NCBI RefSeq assembly: GCF_036321535.1
Contig: NC_087437.1
Location: forward strand, 109,864,001-109,928,000
DNA from: Camelus dromedarius
Lineage: Eukaryota
Reading direction: 5' to 3'
Length of the DNA stretch: 64,000 nt
Shown in pieces: positions 1-10,620 of the stretch (its first letter is position 1; each line of letters opens with the position of its first letter). Below the pieces are notes generated by a model. The model was given only the letters and a program-made list of their open reading frames with translations. It did no database searches and was not told where the DNA came from. The position numbers and the translations under genes are program-made.

Positions 1-801
1 TTTGAATTTTTCTCCTCCAACTCCTTTTTCACATATAATGTTTATTGTCTACACTATTCTATTACTTTTTCAAAAATTAATAATATCTCCTGAAGATCAT
101 TCCTTGTCAATATGCATGGACCGCACACATTCTCAATATGGAAGTCTGTTACTTTATATTATAGATGTACTATAAATTAATTAGTTGATCTGTTTATTCT
201 TCTATGGATCAAAAGGTTGAAAAATTATCTTTCCTAGTTCATGGTGTATTATTATCATTGGTCTTTGCAAAACCTTCCCTAGTAGAGGTTGATTTATCAT
301 CCTTCCATCCTGATTTCTGTGAATGTACTGGGCTAGTATTGCTGGATATTTTCTGTCATGGGGCGGGTAATGATCCTTCCAGGACATTTAGAAATGAGAA
401 CAGTGCGCACGTAAATCAATATCCCATGACCTTTCTCTCTCTCTATTTTTGGCACCAAAAATTCTGCTCTAAGTTGTCATTTTCCTACACATGGACAGAA
501 CCGTTTTCTTATTCCCCTGATGTTTCTCAGAGTTTCTCCATAACTTGCTCAGTGGCATCCCCATCTCTTTCTTTTCTCAGTTATATCCCCATGGATGGCT
601 TTGAGAGAGTTATCGTCACATCCTACTTATCCATCTTCTCTCATCTTGCTATCTTAATTCCACTATTAATGATGCATCTGCTGACATCATTTACCTTAAA
701 GGCATTGTTGAATGAAGATCCTTAAAATGTATTCTGTGAATATGTTCACATATTCATCAATGGTAATAATGACAATAATAATAGTAAAAATAATAGTAGC
801 T

Positions 802-975
802 GGGGAAGGGTATAGCTCAGTGGTAGAGTGCATACTTAGCATGCACGAGTTTCTGGGTTCGGTCCCTAGTGCCCCCATTAAAAAAATCAATAAATAAAGC
901 TAATTACCTCCCTCCAAAAAAACAGACAAACTAAAAAAAAAAAAAAAAAAAAAAGACAAACTAAAAAAAAAAAAA
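802..975 (+). mobile_element. tRNA-derived SINE, camelid Vic-1 type
   Basis: GGGGAAGGGTATAGCTCAGTGGTAGAGTGCATACTTAGCATGCACGAGTTTCTGGGTTCGGTCCCTAGT has tRNA-like A and B boxes. It is followed by a non-tRNA tail (ATTAAAAAAATCAATAAATAAAGCTAATTACCTCCC) and poly(A). An imperfect TSD AATAATAGTA(A)GCT flanks it (about 789-801 and 978-990). Family name from recalled consensus. Confidence 0.85.
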
Positions 976-989
976 CAATAATAGTAAGC

Positions 990-1205
990 TACTTCATGTC
1001 TACTCTTTAAGACACGTGTATTGACTCATTAAGTCTTTTTAACCACTCAATGAAGTGAACATTATTGTAATCTTCATTGTTCCATAAAGACATTGACCAC
1101 AAAGAGACTAAATAAACTATCCATGGCCACATCGTGGAAGGACTACAGTCTCAGCCCAGCCAGTTCCATTCCAGGGGCTGTGCTGTAACCACTGCCCTGC
1201 ACTGC
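990..1205 (-). mobile_element. MIR SINE relic
   Basis: Degenerate MIR core: ...cacaaagagactaaataaactatccatggccaca...ccagttccattccaggggctgtgctgtaaccactgc. Boundaries approximate. Confidence 0.6.
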
Positions 1206-3278
1206 ACCAACGTGTGGGAGCCCTGATCCAAACGATCCACATTTTCTAAATTTTAACAGCTAACGTCAAATTGCCCTTAAAATCACTTTCTATAAATTTA
1301 ACTCCCAGCAGAGCCTAACAGCGAGTGGTACTTTTAGTCTTTATTTTTGTCTATCTGATTAAGAAAAAAAAAATCTCAAGATTTAAAATTTGTATATCTA
1401 CTGGCAAATCTTCAGCTAGACAAATACATTGAATTCTTCAGAGTATTAGCCTGAATTGTTGAATGTTGGACTTGAAAGAGAATATAGAGATGTACTCTAG
1501 GCTTTTATTTTATTAATGAGAAACCTGAGTATCTGAGAGATTATATGACTTCCACCAATTCCCACAGAGTTGATTATAAGATTTGAGGGAAGCTCAGATG
1601 TTCTGTCTCTCTTTTTTGTGCTATTTTTGCCAATCCATACTGCCTCCTTTAGTAACTTCCCTTGGTAATCACACTTACTTATAGGATCCCATGTTAATTA
1701 CCATAAAGCTGTACCAAGACACTGCCCTGGGCTTCCAATACTTTACTCAAGCACAAAGAAGGCATCTGGAAGGCAGGTTCTAGGATAATTGTACTGTTTT
1801 CTAACCCTTAGTACAATCTTCACAGAGAACAAAACACTAAGAGAATGGAGAATGAAGGTCAACCCTATCTGTAGAATCGGCCCACGTTCCCGGCTATCCC
1901 TTGAAGGTGTTTAACACTTGTTTATGCTACGAGTTCCATGATTACAAAATCAGCCATACGTCATCCACAGCATTAACGACAGAGAAAACAAGTGGAATTG
2001 TGGAACTGGAATGGATGGCAGAATTCATTTAGATTTAGGCTGATAACTCCATATGCCAGATGAGTGTTTCAGGTCTAGAGATGCCAAATGACTTGTCAAA
2101 ACTAACACTGCTAGTTACTATCAGACCACAATCGGAATTTGTTTTCTATTTACAGATTTCCGTCCAACTAAAATTAATCCCCCCAACTCACTCAACAAAA
2201 TGTTTATTAAAGTAGTACTGATTGCCAAACACTAACCTGGGCACTGAAGATCTGATGGCAATGAATCCACTCAACTCACTCAGATATGGAAAATGTCTCT
2301 GTGGCACTGCCTGTTTGATCAGGTAAGGGGATGTGGGAAATAACTTTCACACAGCTCTTGGTGCTTACTTCCACCTTGCAAAGGTTCCATTAAGGTAACA
2401 CTCTGGGCTTCCATCTGCCCATCAGGCAGGTAAAGGGAGTTTTTTGTTTTTGTTTTTGTTTTTGTTTTTTTCAATCTGATTGGTGTGTTTGGATAGGAAC
2501 TGAGCATGTCTTATTCAGTACCTTCTCTCCTTCTTGTCAGAAAACTTCAGTTCTGCCCTGCTCCTCTCCTAAGTATGATGAAACCACTGGTCCCATCATG
2601 GTTTAATTCTGGGGTTAATAACAGGATTGCCACTTGCCTTCAGATAGAAGCCCCTTCTCTGCAAGTGATTATTTTAGTAGTAAAAGTGGCAGTTTACTCT
2701 CATTTGCTGACCTTTTTATCTAATTTTTCTATTGGTTCAGAAGTTGCAGAGGAATGGGGATGCTATATTTTGGACCACCATTAAAACCTAACAAATCAAT
2801 TCAGATCAACTTCTGTGACAGCAAAAATCTAAGGTCCTATCCAGACACGTAGGAGGAACTCAGAAGATAAAAAAGTTACACTAAAGAACTAATTTTAGGT
2901 CATTTGGTTGCTGCCTATGTTTTGTTTGCTTTTAATAATGGGCCAGTCTTGCTTTAGAATCGATCCCCTTTTACATTAAACTAGTATTATGAGTCATTAT
3001 AGAGGGATTTTGTTTTTTTTAAATAGTGTTTGCCTATCTTGAAACTCACCCAACAGCTTCTTGGCTGATACAGGTGTGGGGTGGTCTTCCACAGCATGAG
3101 ACTCTGCAGCAGACTTAAAGCAAAGGCCTAAAGTATTTTTTTATTTAAGGAAAAAAGACACAAAATCTTTTGCCAGACATACAATATTATATGCACTTAA
3201 TGATTTTATAGATGGAAGCTAAAATGACAAACATAGAGCATAGACAAGAAGTTCACACAGACAGGCACAGAATCAGTC

Positions 3279-4420
3279 TGTGATGGTTACTAAGCTATCG
3301 GCTCTGAATTTTAAAACTATCATTCTATTTATATGTAGTAGAGTGTATCTGTTAATCCCAGACTCCTAATTTATCCCTCCCCCACTTTCGCCTTTGGTAA
3401 CCATAGTTAGTTTTCTGTCAGTGAGTCTATTTGTGGTTTATAAATAAAATTTGTATCTTTTTTTTAGATCCCACCTATAGGTAATATCATATGATATTTA
3501 TCTTTCTCTGACTTCACTTAATATGATAATCTCTAGGTTCATTCATGTTGCTGCAAATGGCATTATTTCATTCTTTTTATGGCTGAGTAAAATTCCATTG
3601 TATATAACCACATCTTCTCTATCCATTCATCTGTCGATGGACATTTAGGTCATTTCCATGTCTTAAACAGCAAGGACCTACTGTATAGCACAGGGAACTA
3701 TTTTCAATTTCTTGTAATAAGCCATAATGGAAAAGAATCTGAAAATGTAAGTACATACGTATGTGTATGTATAACTGAATCACTTTGCTGTACAACTGAA
3801 ACAAACGCTGTAAATCACCTATACGTCAATAAAAAATAAAGTTAAAAAAACTACCATTCTATACTTTGCTTGGGACGTTCTGGCTGAGAATCTGAAAATC
3901 ATATTTCTCCTCTGTCAGCTGTTCCCTGTTAAGTTCTGTTGATTTGGGGCACGAGAGGGCAACTGGGAGGCTGGAGGAGGAAGAAGGCATCTACTTCTTC
4001 CTGTTTGGTTTTCTGTTCCTGTTCACGTCACCTTGCCAATGACAATTGGATCCACTCTCCCCACTGAACTCCACCTCCCTGTTCCTCCAGAGACACAAGC
4101 ACCACTGAGCAGTAGCCCCCTCCCCCGCTCCTCAGAGGTCTGGTTCCCAACTCCACAGGGTCCCCCAAGCTCCACCAGTGCCTCCCTTCAGAGGTCTGAG
4201 TCTCATTCACCTGGCTCTACTCACTACTAGGATCTAATAACCACAACTTCTTCTCTTTGTCCCCCAGTCCTAGGGCTGGGGCAGCTTCCTGCAGCTACTA
4301 ACCTTGTCGGCGTGACGTTTCCTTTTGCCTTTTCTGTCCTCTAATACTTGCTTAACCATGTCTCTGTATTAAATTGCCATGGTTTCTGTTCTTCTGCATG
4401 GACCCCCAGTAGCTGCAGAA
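3279..4420 (+). mobile_element. ERVL solo LTR (LTR33-like), interrupted by an L1 insertion
   Basis: Starts TGTGATGG. After removing the L1 at 3329-3846 it reads continuously into catatttctcctctgtcagctg...gttaag... and ends with cttctctttgtcccccagtcctagggctggggcagcttcctgcagctacta...attaaa..., resembling the recalled LTR33 consensus. 3' end approximate. Confidence 0.6.
3329..3846. mobile_element. 5'-inverted (twin-primed) L1 3' fragment with 16-bp TSD
   Basis: 3329-3663 is an L1 ORF2 end/3'UTR on the minus strand. 3664-3846 is the adjoining distal 3'UTR plus A-tail on the plus strand (aaacagcaaggacctactgtatagcacaggg...caataaaaaataaaa). TSD AAAACTAYCATTCTAT at 3313-3328 and 3847-3862, at a TT/AAAA endonuclease site. 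Confidence 0.85.
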
Positions 4421-4830
4421 ATACTAGTCATAACTTAGACATTCAGGAAAAAAGATTGAACTCCAAATGGTCAATCTCCAACCATTCTGGGTCCACAGTT
4501 GGAAGATGACAACAAATTTAATACCCAGGCGAGACCTAGAACACACCGGCATTCCCCTTCATCAGATCAGTTAATCCTTGAGCTGAGTCGTGCTCAGTAA
4601 CACTTCTAGAAGGAAAGTGCTCAAGGAATAACAGCATACTCATCCCACAATATCTGTATCTGCCGTTAGAGCCAGGGCAAAAAGCAGAGATCTCAGTATT
4701 ACGGGTACTGAGAGATTAGCTTAAAGCAATCCTGCACTCTTAAAACTTGTTTCTCAAATACATTATCTTACGATGAATATTGCCTCCAGGGAAGAGTAAA
4801 TCTAGAAAGAGAGAGGGGAGAGAAGCTCTA

Positions 4831-5200
4831 CAGTCATCTTCCAAATCCATGGGTTCCATTGTCCATGGAATCAGTCAACCGAGGGTTGAAAATATTTGGA
4901 GGAAAAAAAATTCAGAAAATTCCAAAAAGCAAAATTTGAATTTGTCTCACTCCAGAAACTGACAACAATTGACATAACATTTATTTTGTATTTACAGCTA
5001 ACTTCATAGCATTTGCCTTGTATTGGTAAATTATATGTAGTAAATTATGTCATCTAGAGATGATTTAAAGTATACAGGAGGCTGTGCACAGGTTACATAC
5101 AAAGACGACATCATTTTATAAAAGGGACTTCAGCATCTTCAGATTTTGGCATCCATGGGGGTCCTGGAACCAATCCCCTGGGAACACAGAGGGGTGACTC
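4831..5200 (-). mobile_element. MER2-like (Tigger/TcMar) non-autonomous DNA transposon
   Basis: Termini CAGTCATCTT... and ...GGGGTGACTC with TA target duplication (4829-4830, 5201-5202). Internal tcatctagagatgatttaaagtatacaggagg...tttataaaagggacttcagcatc...gggggtcctggaaccaatcccc matches the recalled MER2 reverse complement. Confidence 0.8.
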
Positions 5201-6309
5201 TACCTGGTCCTGCTTTACACTGAAGTATCATCACTTGGAGTGATTTTAGCAACCAAAACTCACTCTGGAGTTTTAGAAGCTACTTAAAAAATTCTTCACA
5301 TTGCATTTTTCGTCTGTAAAATGTCACCCTATTTGAAGGTGACTTATCTGCTATCTTCCTCTGCCCTTGCCCCTGCCCCTGTAATCAGGTTCCTTTCTGC
5401 TGCCTGGTTACAATAAACATTTCATCTTTGGAATTCCTGGAATTTCTAAGTAAGAGGATTTCATCTTTCAGTGTGTCTGTCTTCTCTTTGTCTTTTCCTT
5501 TTTTTCCTTTTTTTTTTTTTTTTTTTTTTTGCCTTTGAAGATAAACAGACAAGAGCTCCAGATCTTCACATGAGGATAGTATGTATGAGTTAGTAATCCT
5601 TCCCTCCCACTGTTGGAAGGAGTCCAGATCCCAGCCCCACAAAACTCAAGTTAAGATGTTGCTTGAAAAAATATGTCAGACTTTTATTATTTTACTCTTT
5701 TGAGAGGTTAATCAGCTGTAGAGATTAAATGATCAACATTAGCATGTACCTTGTTACTGCCCTATTATGACATTAGTGTCTACAGCTGTGAAATATGATC
5801 TGCCAGACATCAGGGGCAGGCGTGTAGTGAAGTTTAACAGTCTGGCCTGAGGGCCAGGCAGGTTTGACTAGTGAACATAGCTCTACATGTTTTACGAGAG
5901 GGGTGGAGTCTCTCAGTTAAAATGACCGCAGTCTGCAGCTTCTCAGAAAATCAACTCACAGGGAAAATTCAGATCTCCTATGGGTGACTCATTTGCTTCC
6001 CTTTCTTTCAGACATAAACTAGCATTAGCCAAAATGCCGTGTCTTGAGGAAATACGTAAGCTAGGTGTAGAAGTTTTACTACTAACTCCTGGCAGTTTGA
6101 TAATTAGGGTGTACCAGAACCAAGGCCATCTCTCGTTATTAAATGGCCTACTGGCCACATGTAATTACAGTCTGCCTGTATCATTAGAAGTCATTGGCTG
6201 GGCTTGGGTGGGTCCTGATAAGCACTTTGGGAAGGGGACACAGGGAAGGCGTAGCCAAACATCATAAAAGATTTTAACACAGGTTATATCGAGAATGTTA
6301 GAATCATCA

Positions 6310-6470
6310 TATTTTAGAGGTGTAAGGGCTCATTAAATTCAACCTCCTCATTTACTGCTAGGGGAACTGAGATCCAGAGAGAATATGTGTTTGTGTTAGT
6401 CACACAGCTACGCGGTGGCAAAATCAGGTCGAGAGAATGGTCTTCTGACTCTAAGCCAAGTTCCCGTGTA
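6310..6470 (-). mobile_element. MIR SINE relic
   Basis: cctcatttactgctaggggaactgagatccagagag...gtcacacagctacgcggtggcaaaatcagg...tcttctgactc is MIR-core-like. Boundaries approximate. Confidence 0.55.
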
Positions 6471-8076
6471 TGATCAGGCACTTCTTCCCTTGTCCCTAAC
6501 CATCCGTCTCCGTTTGCTGCAGTGACAGGCCACGCTCTAATTACTTCCCACAAACATGCATGCTTTCCTGGGGGTCACCAGGTAACCATCTAAATGGCCT
6601 TTAGTTTTTGTACAGGAGAGTTGAAGGACTGCTCACCTACAAAAATGCATTAGTTTTCTGTTTCAAAGACATAGACGTAAATGGTTTTGCTGAAATTATT
6701 TTTTGGCTCTATGTTCTGTTGCAAGATGGCAAAATTATTAAAGGCCCCCTTGGAGTCAGACACAGAGACAGAGACCTCCACGTGATCAGACAAAAAATGT
6801 TTTAGCATCAACACAACGCCTCTAACTCCTTCCTCGTTGGCCAGTGATCATGAAAACTATCTGCCCTTAACAGCTTATTTTAGGACATACTGCATTGACC
6901 TTTCTAATATTTCATACAAGGAAATAATGGTAAATATCTGTAAACTTTCAGGAATAGAATAGATACACGAAAATTGATTAACAGACGTCGATTGCATGAA
7001 ATGTTGTTTTGCAGCCACTGGAAGCAAGAGATCTTCAGGGCTTGGAGCTTTGGAAATGAAGTCTGCCTGTGCTCTTGATTGCACTGGATTACACTGGAAT
7101 CAAAAGAATGAAATTGCATCCCATACTTAGATTAGAGAAGGATCTGGGGTAGTTTTATGTCTGGTTTAACTGTCATCACCTAAAAATTCTAAACCACCTA
7201 AAATCTTTGTTTCAGTGTGTGCTTCCAGAGAGCCCTTCTCCCAGGAATTGTGTCTGTGAGTTTACGTCCTGCGTTTTGCTGTGGTTAAGGCCCCGCCTTC
7301 ACAGTCAGGGTGTTTAGGAGCTTTTTAGACGAATGAGTTCACTCTTCTTCTGGAATAAACAGAAACAGCTTCCTTAAAAGCCACCACAACTATTTCTGTC
7401 CAACAGAGCTGTCAGGCCAGGTCAGTGGAATACTTGTGCTCTTCTATTCTGTGTTTTATTAATATTTTATAACAGCTCTGTATTTTACCTGAAAGCAACA
7501 AGAAATGTAGATGTTCTGTGCCTCAGGCTGAATTGTACTGTCATGCTTAAAAAATCTCCATCACTTATATTTCAAGAGAGACAGAAAAAAAGAAAAGGAA
7601 AAGAATATTCCAGCTAAATTCTTTCTGTCTACAGTTCTCTAAGTGGTGGAGATGACACACTGTGATCATTATGCCGAAGTGTTTAACAGATAATTAAAGC
7701 AAAAGAAGTACAGATGTGTTTTCAAAAGCACTAAAACTTTGACTTTTGGATATATACACAAGTTTAAGAACTATAATAAAAAGAAATATGTGTGTGTGTA
7801 TATATATTACAAGCACACATATTTATTTATAATTATTCATGAAAACAGCCTTTATCTAGTTCCAGGATAATCATCAAAGAATCCATTGGCTTCAGCAGGA
7901 ACTCAAACTTTATTTGTGACCCATTTTCATAATCTTGCAGAGGTGGACTTTTGGGAGTCAGCTGTGGCCCACGACAGCAAGGAGGCCCAGGGCAGGATGA
8001 GATCGAATGGTTTCCAGTTTGAGGGCCTCTCTAGTTACTGGGATGCCTATTAATGGTTCTTCTATGGGGCAGGAAG

Positions 8077-8310
8077 GGTTTTTTTTTTTTTTTTTTAAGG
8101 AAAAAGAATAAACAGTCCTCTTCCATTTCCTTCTCTTTCTTTTCCCATCTTTTCCCTTTTTTTCTTCTTTCCACCCACCCCCCTGCCATTTCCATCCCTT
8201 CCCTCGCCCTCCCCCTTCTTTCTCTCTGTCTCTCTCTCTCCCCTACCCCCTGCCCTCTGGTCCTCCCTCTCTCTCTCCTTCCCTGCCTCCTTCACCCTTT
8301 TCTCTCTTTG
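8077..8310. repeat. Polypyrimidine/polypurine low-complexity tract
   Basis: About 230 bp that are predominantly C/T on the + strand (tttccttctctttcttttccc...ctctctgtctctctctctcccc...). Explains the Lys/Glu/Arg/Gly-rich and Leu/Ser/Phe-rich ORFs called here. Confidence 0.85.
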
Positions 8311-9246
8311 TTGATGATGATAACATATGCTGTGTGTTCCAAACCAGAAAATAAGAGCTTTATTGACTCAAGTCTTTTTCTTTGAAAAAAGTATTTATTC
8401 CCATCCTACACTATCATTTCCCTCAAATGTGTACATATCAGGAGCCCAAAATCTAGGTTCTATGTCGTTCTGTGCAAAGATTTTTCTTCTGTTTCAGATC
8501 AAATTTTTAAATATTTTTCTTCTGTCAATATGTCCCCATTTGATTCCTTCCCATGTACTGTCTCGCTCTGTGTTATAGAACATAAATTCTTTTGACTCAG
8601 GACCTCAGAACTAGAGGTCCTGAGTCTAGAGGTAAAGGTTGACACACTGGCAACTTGTTGCTCTTGGCATAGTTCCTTTAGTTTCCTCACTTTAGGGTAT
8701 CAGATGGAGTGTAAATGGCACAATCTGATCTCGATGTGACAATGTTGGGAAGTTTATAGTAATTTTATTGGGTCTAAAGGACTTAAGACTGTTCTCATAA
8801 ACTTCTTGTTCCATCATTTATTGCTTCTATCCATAACATTGGGTTCAAAAAATACAAGGGCATGTTTGCATTCTATCCAATATTTCGCAATTTCAAGTTC
8901 AATTTTCTTCCTAGGTGTGATAACCACAAAGGGAAAAAAAGCCATAATGGAATGAGACACAGTCATCTGATGTACTTTATACCTTGAACTCTGTTTAAAA
9001 TAGTTGTATCTCGGTTGTATTCCATAGTACATATCCTCATTAATTAGGTATTTCTTAGGGTAGAGATAATCTTTGTGATCTATTTTAGAAAGCATTTTAT
9101 TGGGGTTCTGAGATACTGCTCCTTTTACTAAGTGGGTTCTGAACACTCAAATATTAAAATAAGTTGCAGGCAGAGTACACATATTACCTTTATTGTTGAC
9201 AGAATTGTCAAGTTGTAGAATTAGCTCTGTTAAAACAAATGGCTTT

Positions 9247-9320
9247 ATGCTGTACACCAGAGACTGACACATTGTAACTGACTATACTTCAATAAAACAA
9301 AACAAAATAAAACAAAACGA
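9247..9320 (+). mobile_element. Extremely 5'-truncated L1 (terminal ~75 bp) with TSD
   Basis: tgctgtacaccagagactgacacattgtaactgactatacttcaataaaa plus an (AAAAC)n-like tail. TSD AAATGGCTTT at 9237-9246 and 9321-9330. Confidence 0.8.
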
Positions 9321-9819
9321 AAATGGCTTTGCTAATACTGAACCCTAAAATTAGACAGATTTATCCGCATCAGGACAGCATGGGTCCAGGTTAAATCTCC
9401 CATGATGGGGAAGTCAGTGGGACCTTGCATCCTGCGGGCGGTTTGTACATAAAAAAAGAGAAACTCCTTAGGTGGGGGTGGGGGGAGGTCAAGGCTGAAA
9501 TGCACATGCCCAGTTATTCTTCCCACATTTATCAGTTATCAAGGTTATTGCACCCCCTTGCCCCCATATGCTGTGTGAGTAAAGGATTAAAGTGTGGCCA
9601 GATGGGTATTTAGGAGAAATTCACTCCACATTGAAGCTAGTGAGGAAAAGATTGTCTTGATAATATACTGGACTAGAACAAAGAGAATCTAGGTTCTGCT
9701 TCTAGCTTCCCATTAACTACCTAGCTCCAAACCTTGAATTCTGGTTCTCTATCACACCATACACAGGAAAAAACCCTGTAGTGTTGGTGGGTCTGGCATC
9801 TCTTTGCTTCTTAACATAA

Positions 9820-10000
9820 TAACAGTTACTGTCATTTGTTGTGCAGTTTTTCCAGACACTGTGTCAGGGCTTTGTATGCCCTGTCTCACTTAATTCTCTG
9901 AAAGTCCCTCACTTTGTAAAGACTCAGAGGGTTAAGGAATAGCTTAAGCTGCACAACTCGTAAGTGGCAGATTCAGGATTAAAATTCAAGCTCTCCTGCA
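9820..10000 (-). mobile_element. MIR SINE relic
   Basis: aataacagttactgtcatttgttg...cagacactgtgtcagggcttt...gactcagagggttaaggaatagcttaagctgcacaactcgtaagtggcagattcaggatt is MIR-like. Confidence 0.6.
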
Positions 10001-10509
10001 GATCACTGCAAATATGTGAATCATGATGCCATACACAACAAAATGCACTTAGTATCTTTCTTTAAGTCTGTAGGACAGAAAGTATTCCTCAGAGTGACTC
10101 AAGCTTCCTATGGTATCCAGTTCCAGCAGTACAAAGTAGAGGTACACAATGTGTTCTCTGCTCCGGGAGAACAGAGTTCAAAAAACACTGTTACTTACTG
10201 AAGATGACTGGTAAAAGATGCAGATTGATTAAAAAAAGAAGAGCAGAGTCCATGGTAGTATACTTTGTAATCTGCCATTCTCAGCGCCCACAGTCCAGAT
10301 GAGCCACTGTTCACAGTGAAAAGTTATGATGATGACAGTAATAATTATTTCCATTGTCATCACTTTCAAAAGAAATGATTCTTGATTTAAAATCTTTATT
10401 CGATCTTCCTTCAAAAATAATTCTGGATTTAGAATACTTATTCTTTAGATAAAGAAATTTTAATATCATTCATTTAGATAATAGAATCAAAATGTAAATT
10501 TAGAAGTCA

Positions 10510-10525
<16 letters not shown>

Positions 10526-10543
<18 letters not shown>

Positions 10544-10620
10544 TAATGGAGATACCAGGGATTGAACCCAGGACATCGTGAATGCTAAGCATGTGCTCAA
10601 CCACTAGGCTATTACTCTCC
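10526..10620 (-). mobile_element. tRNA-derived SINE, camelid Vic-1 type (short copy)
   Basis: Reverse complement reads GGAGAGTAATAGCCTAGTGGTTGAGCACATGCTTAGCATTCACGATGTCCTGGGTTCAATCCCTGGTATCTCCATTAAAA(A)n, homologous to the copy at 802-975. Abuts an (AT)n tract. Confidence 0.8.

Noticed and set aside
204-725. 173-aa + strand ORF
   Set aside because: No recognisable domain, Leu/Ser/Phe-rich composition typical of pyrimidine-rich or old-repeat DNA, and no promoter or Kozak support.
802-875. Apparent tRNA gene
   Set aside because: The tRNA-like head continues into a SINE tail, poly(A) and TSD, and no proper acceptor stem closes. It is a SINE, as is 10526-10620.
8053-8385. Overlapping ORFs 8053-8385 (+) and 8095-8295 (-)
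   Set aside because: Translations of the pyrimidine/purine low-complexity tract.
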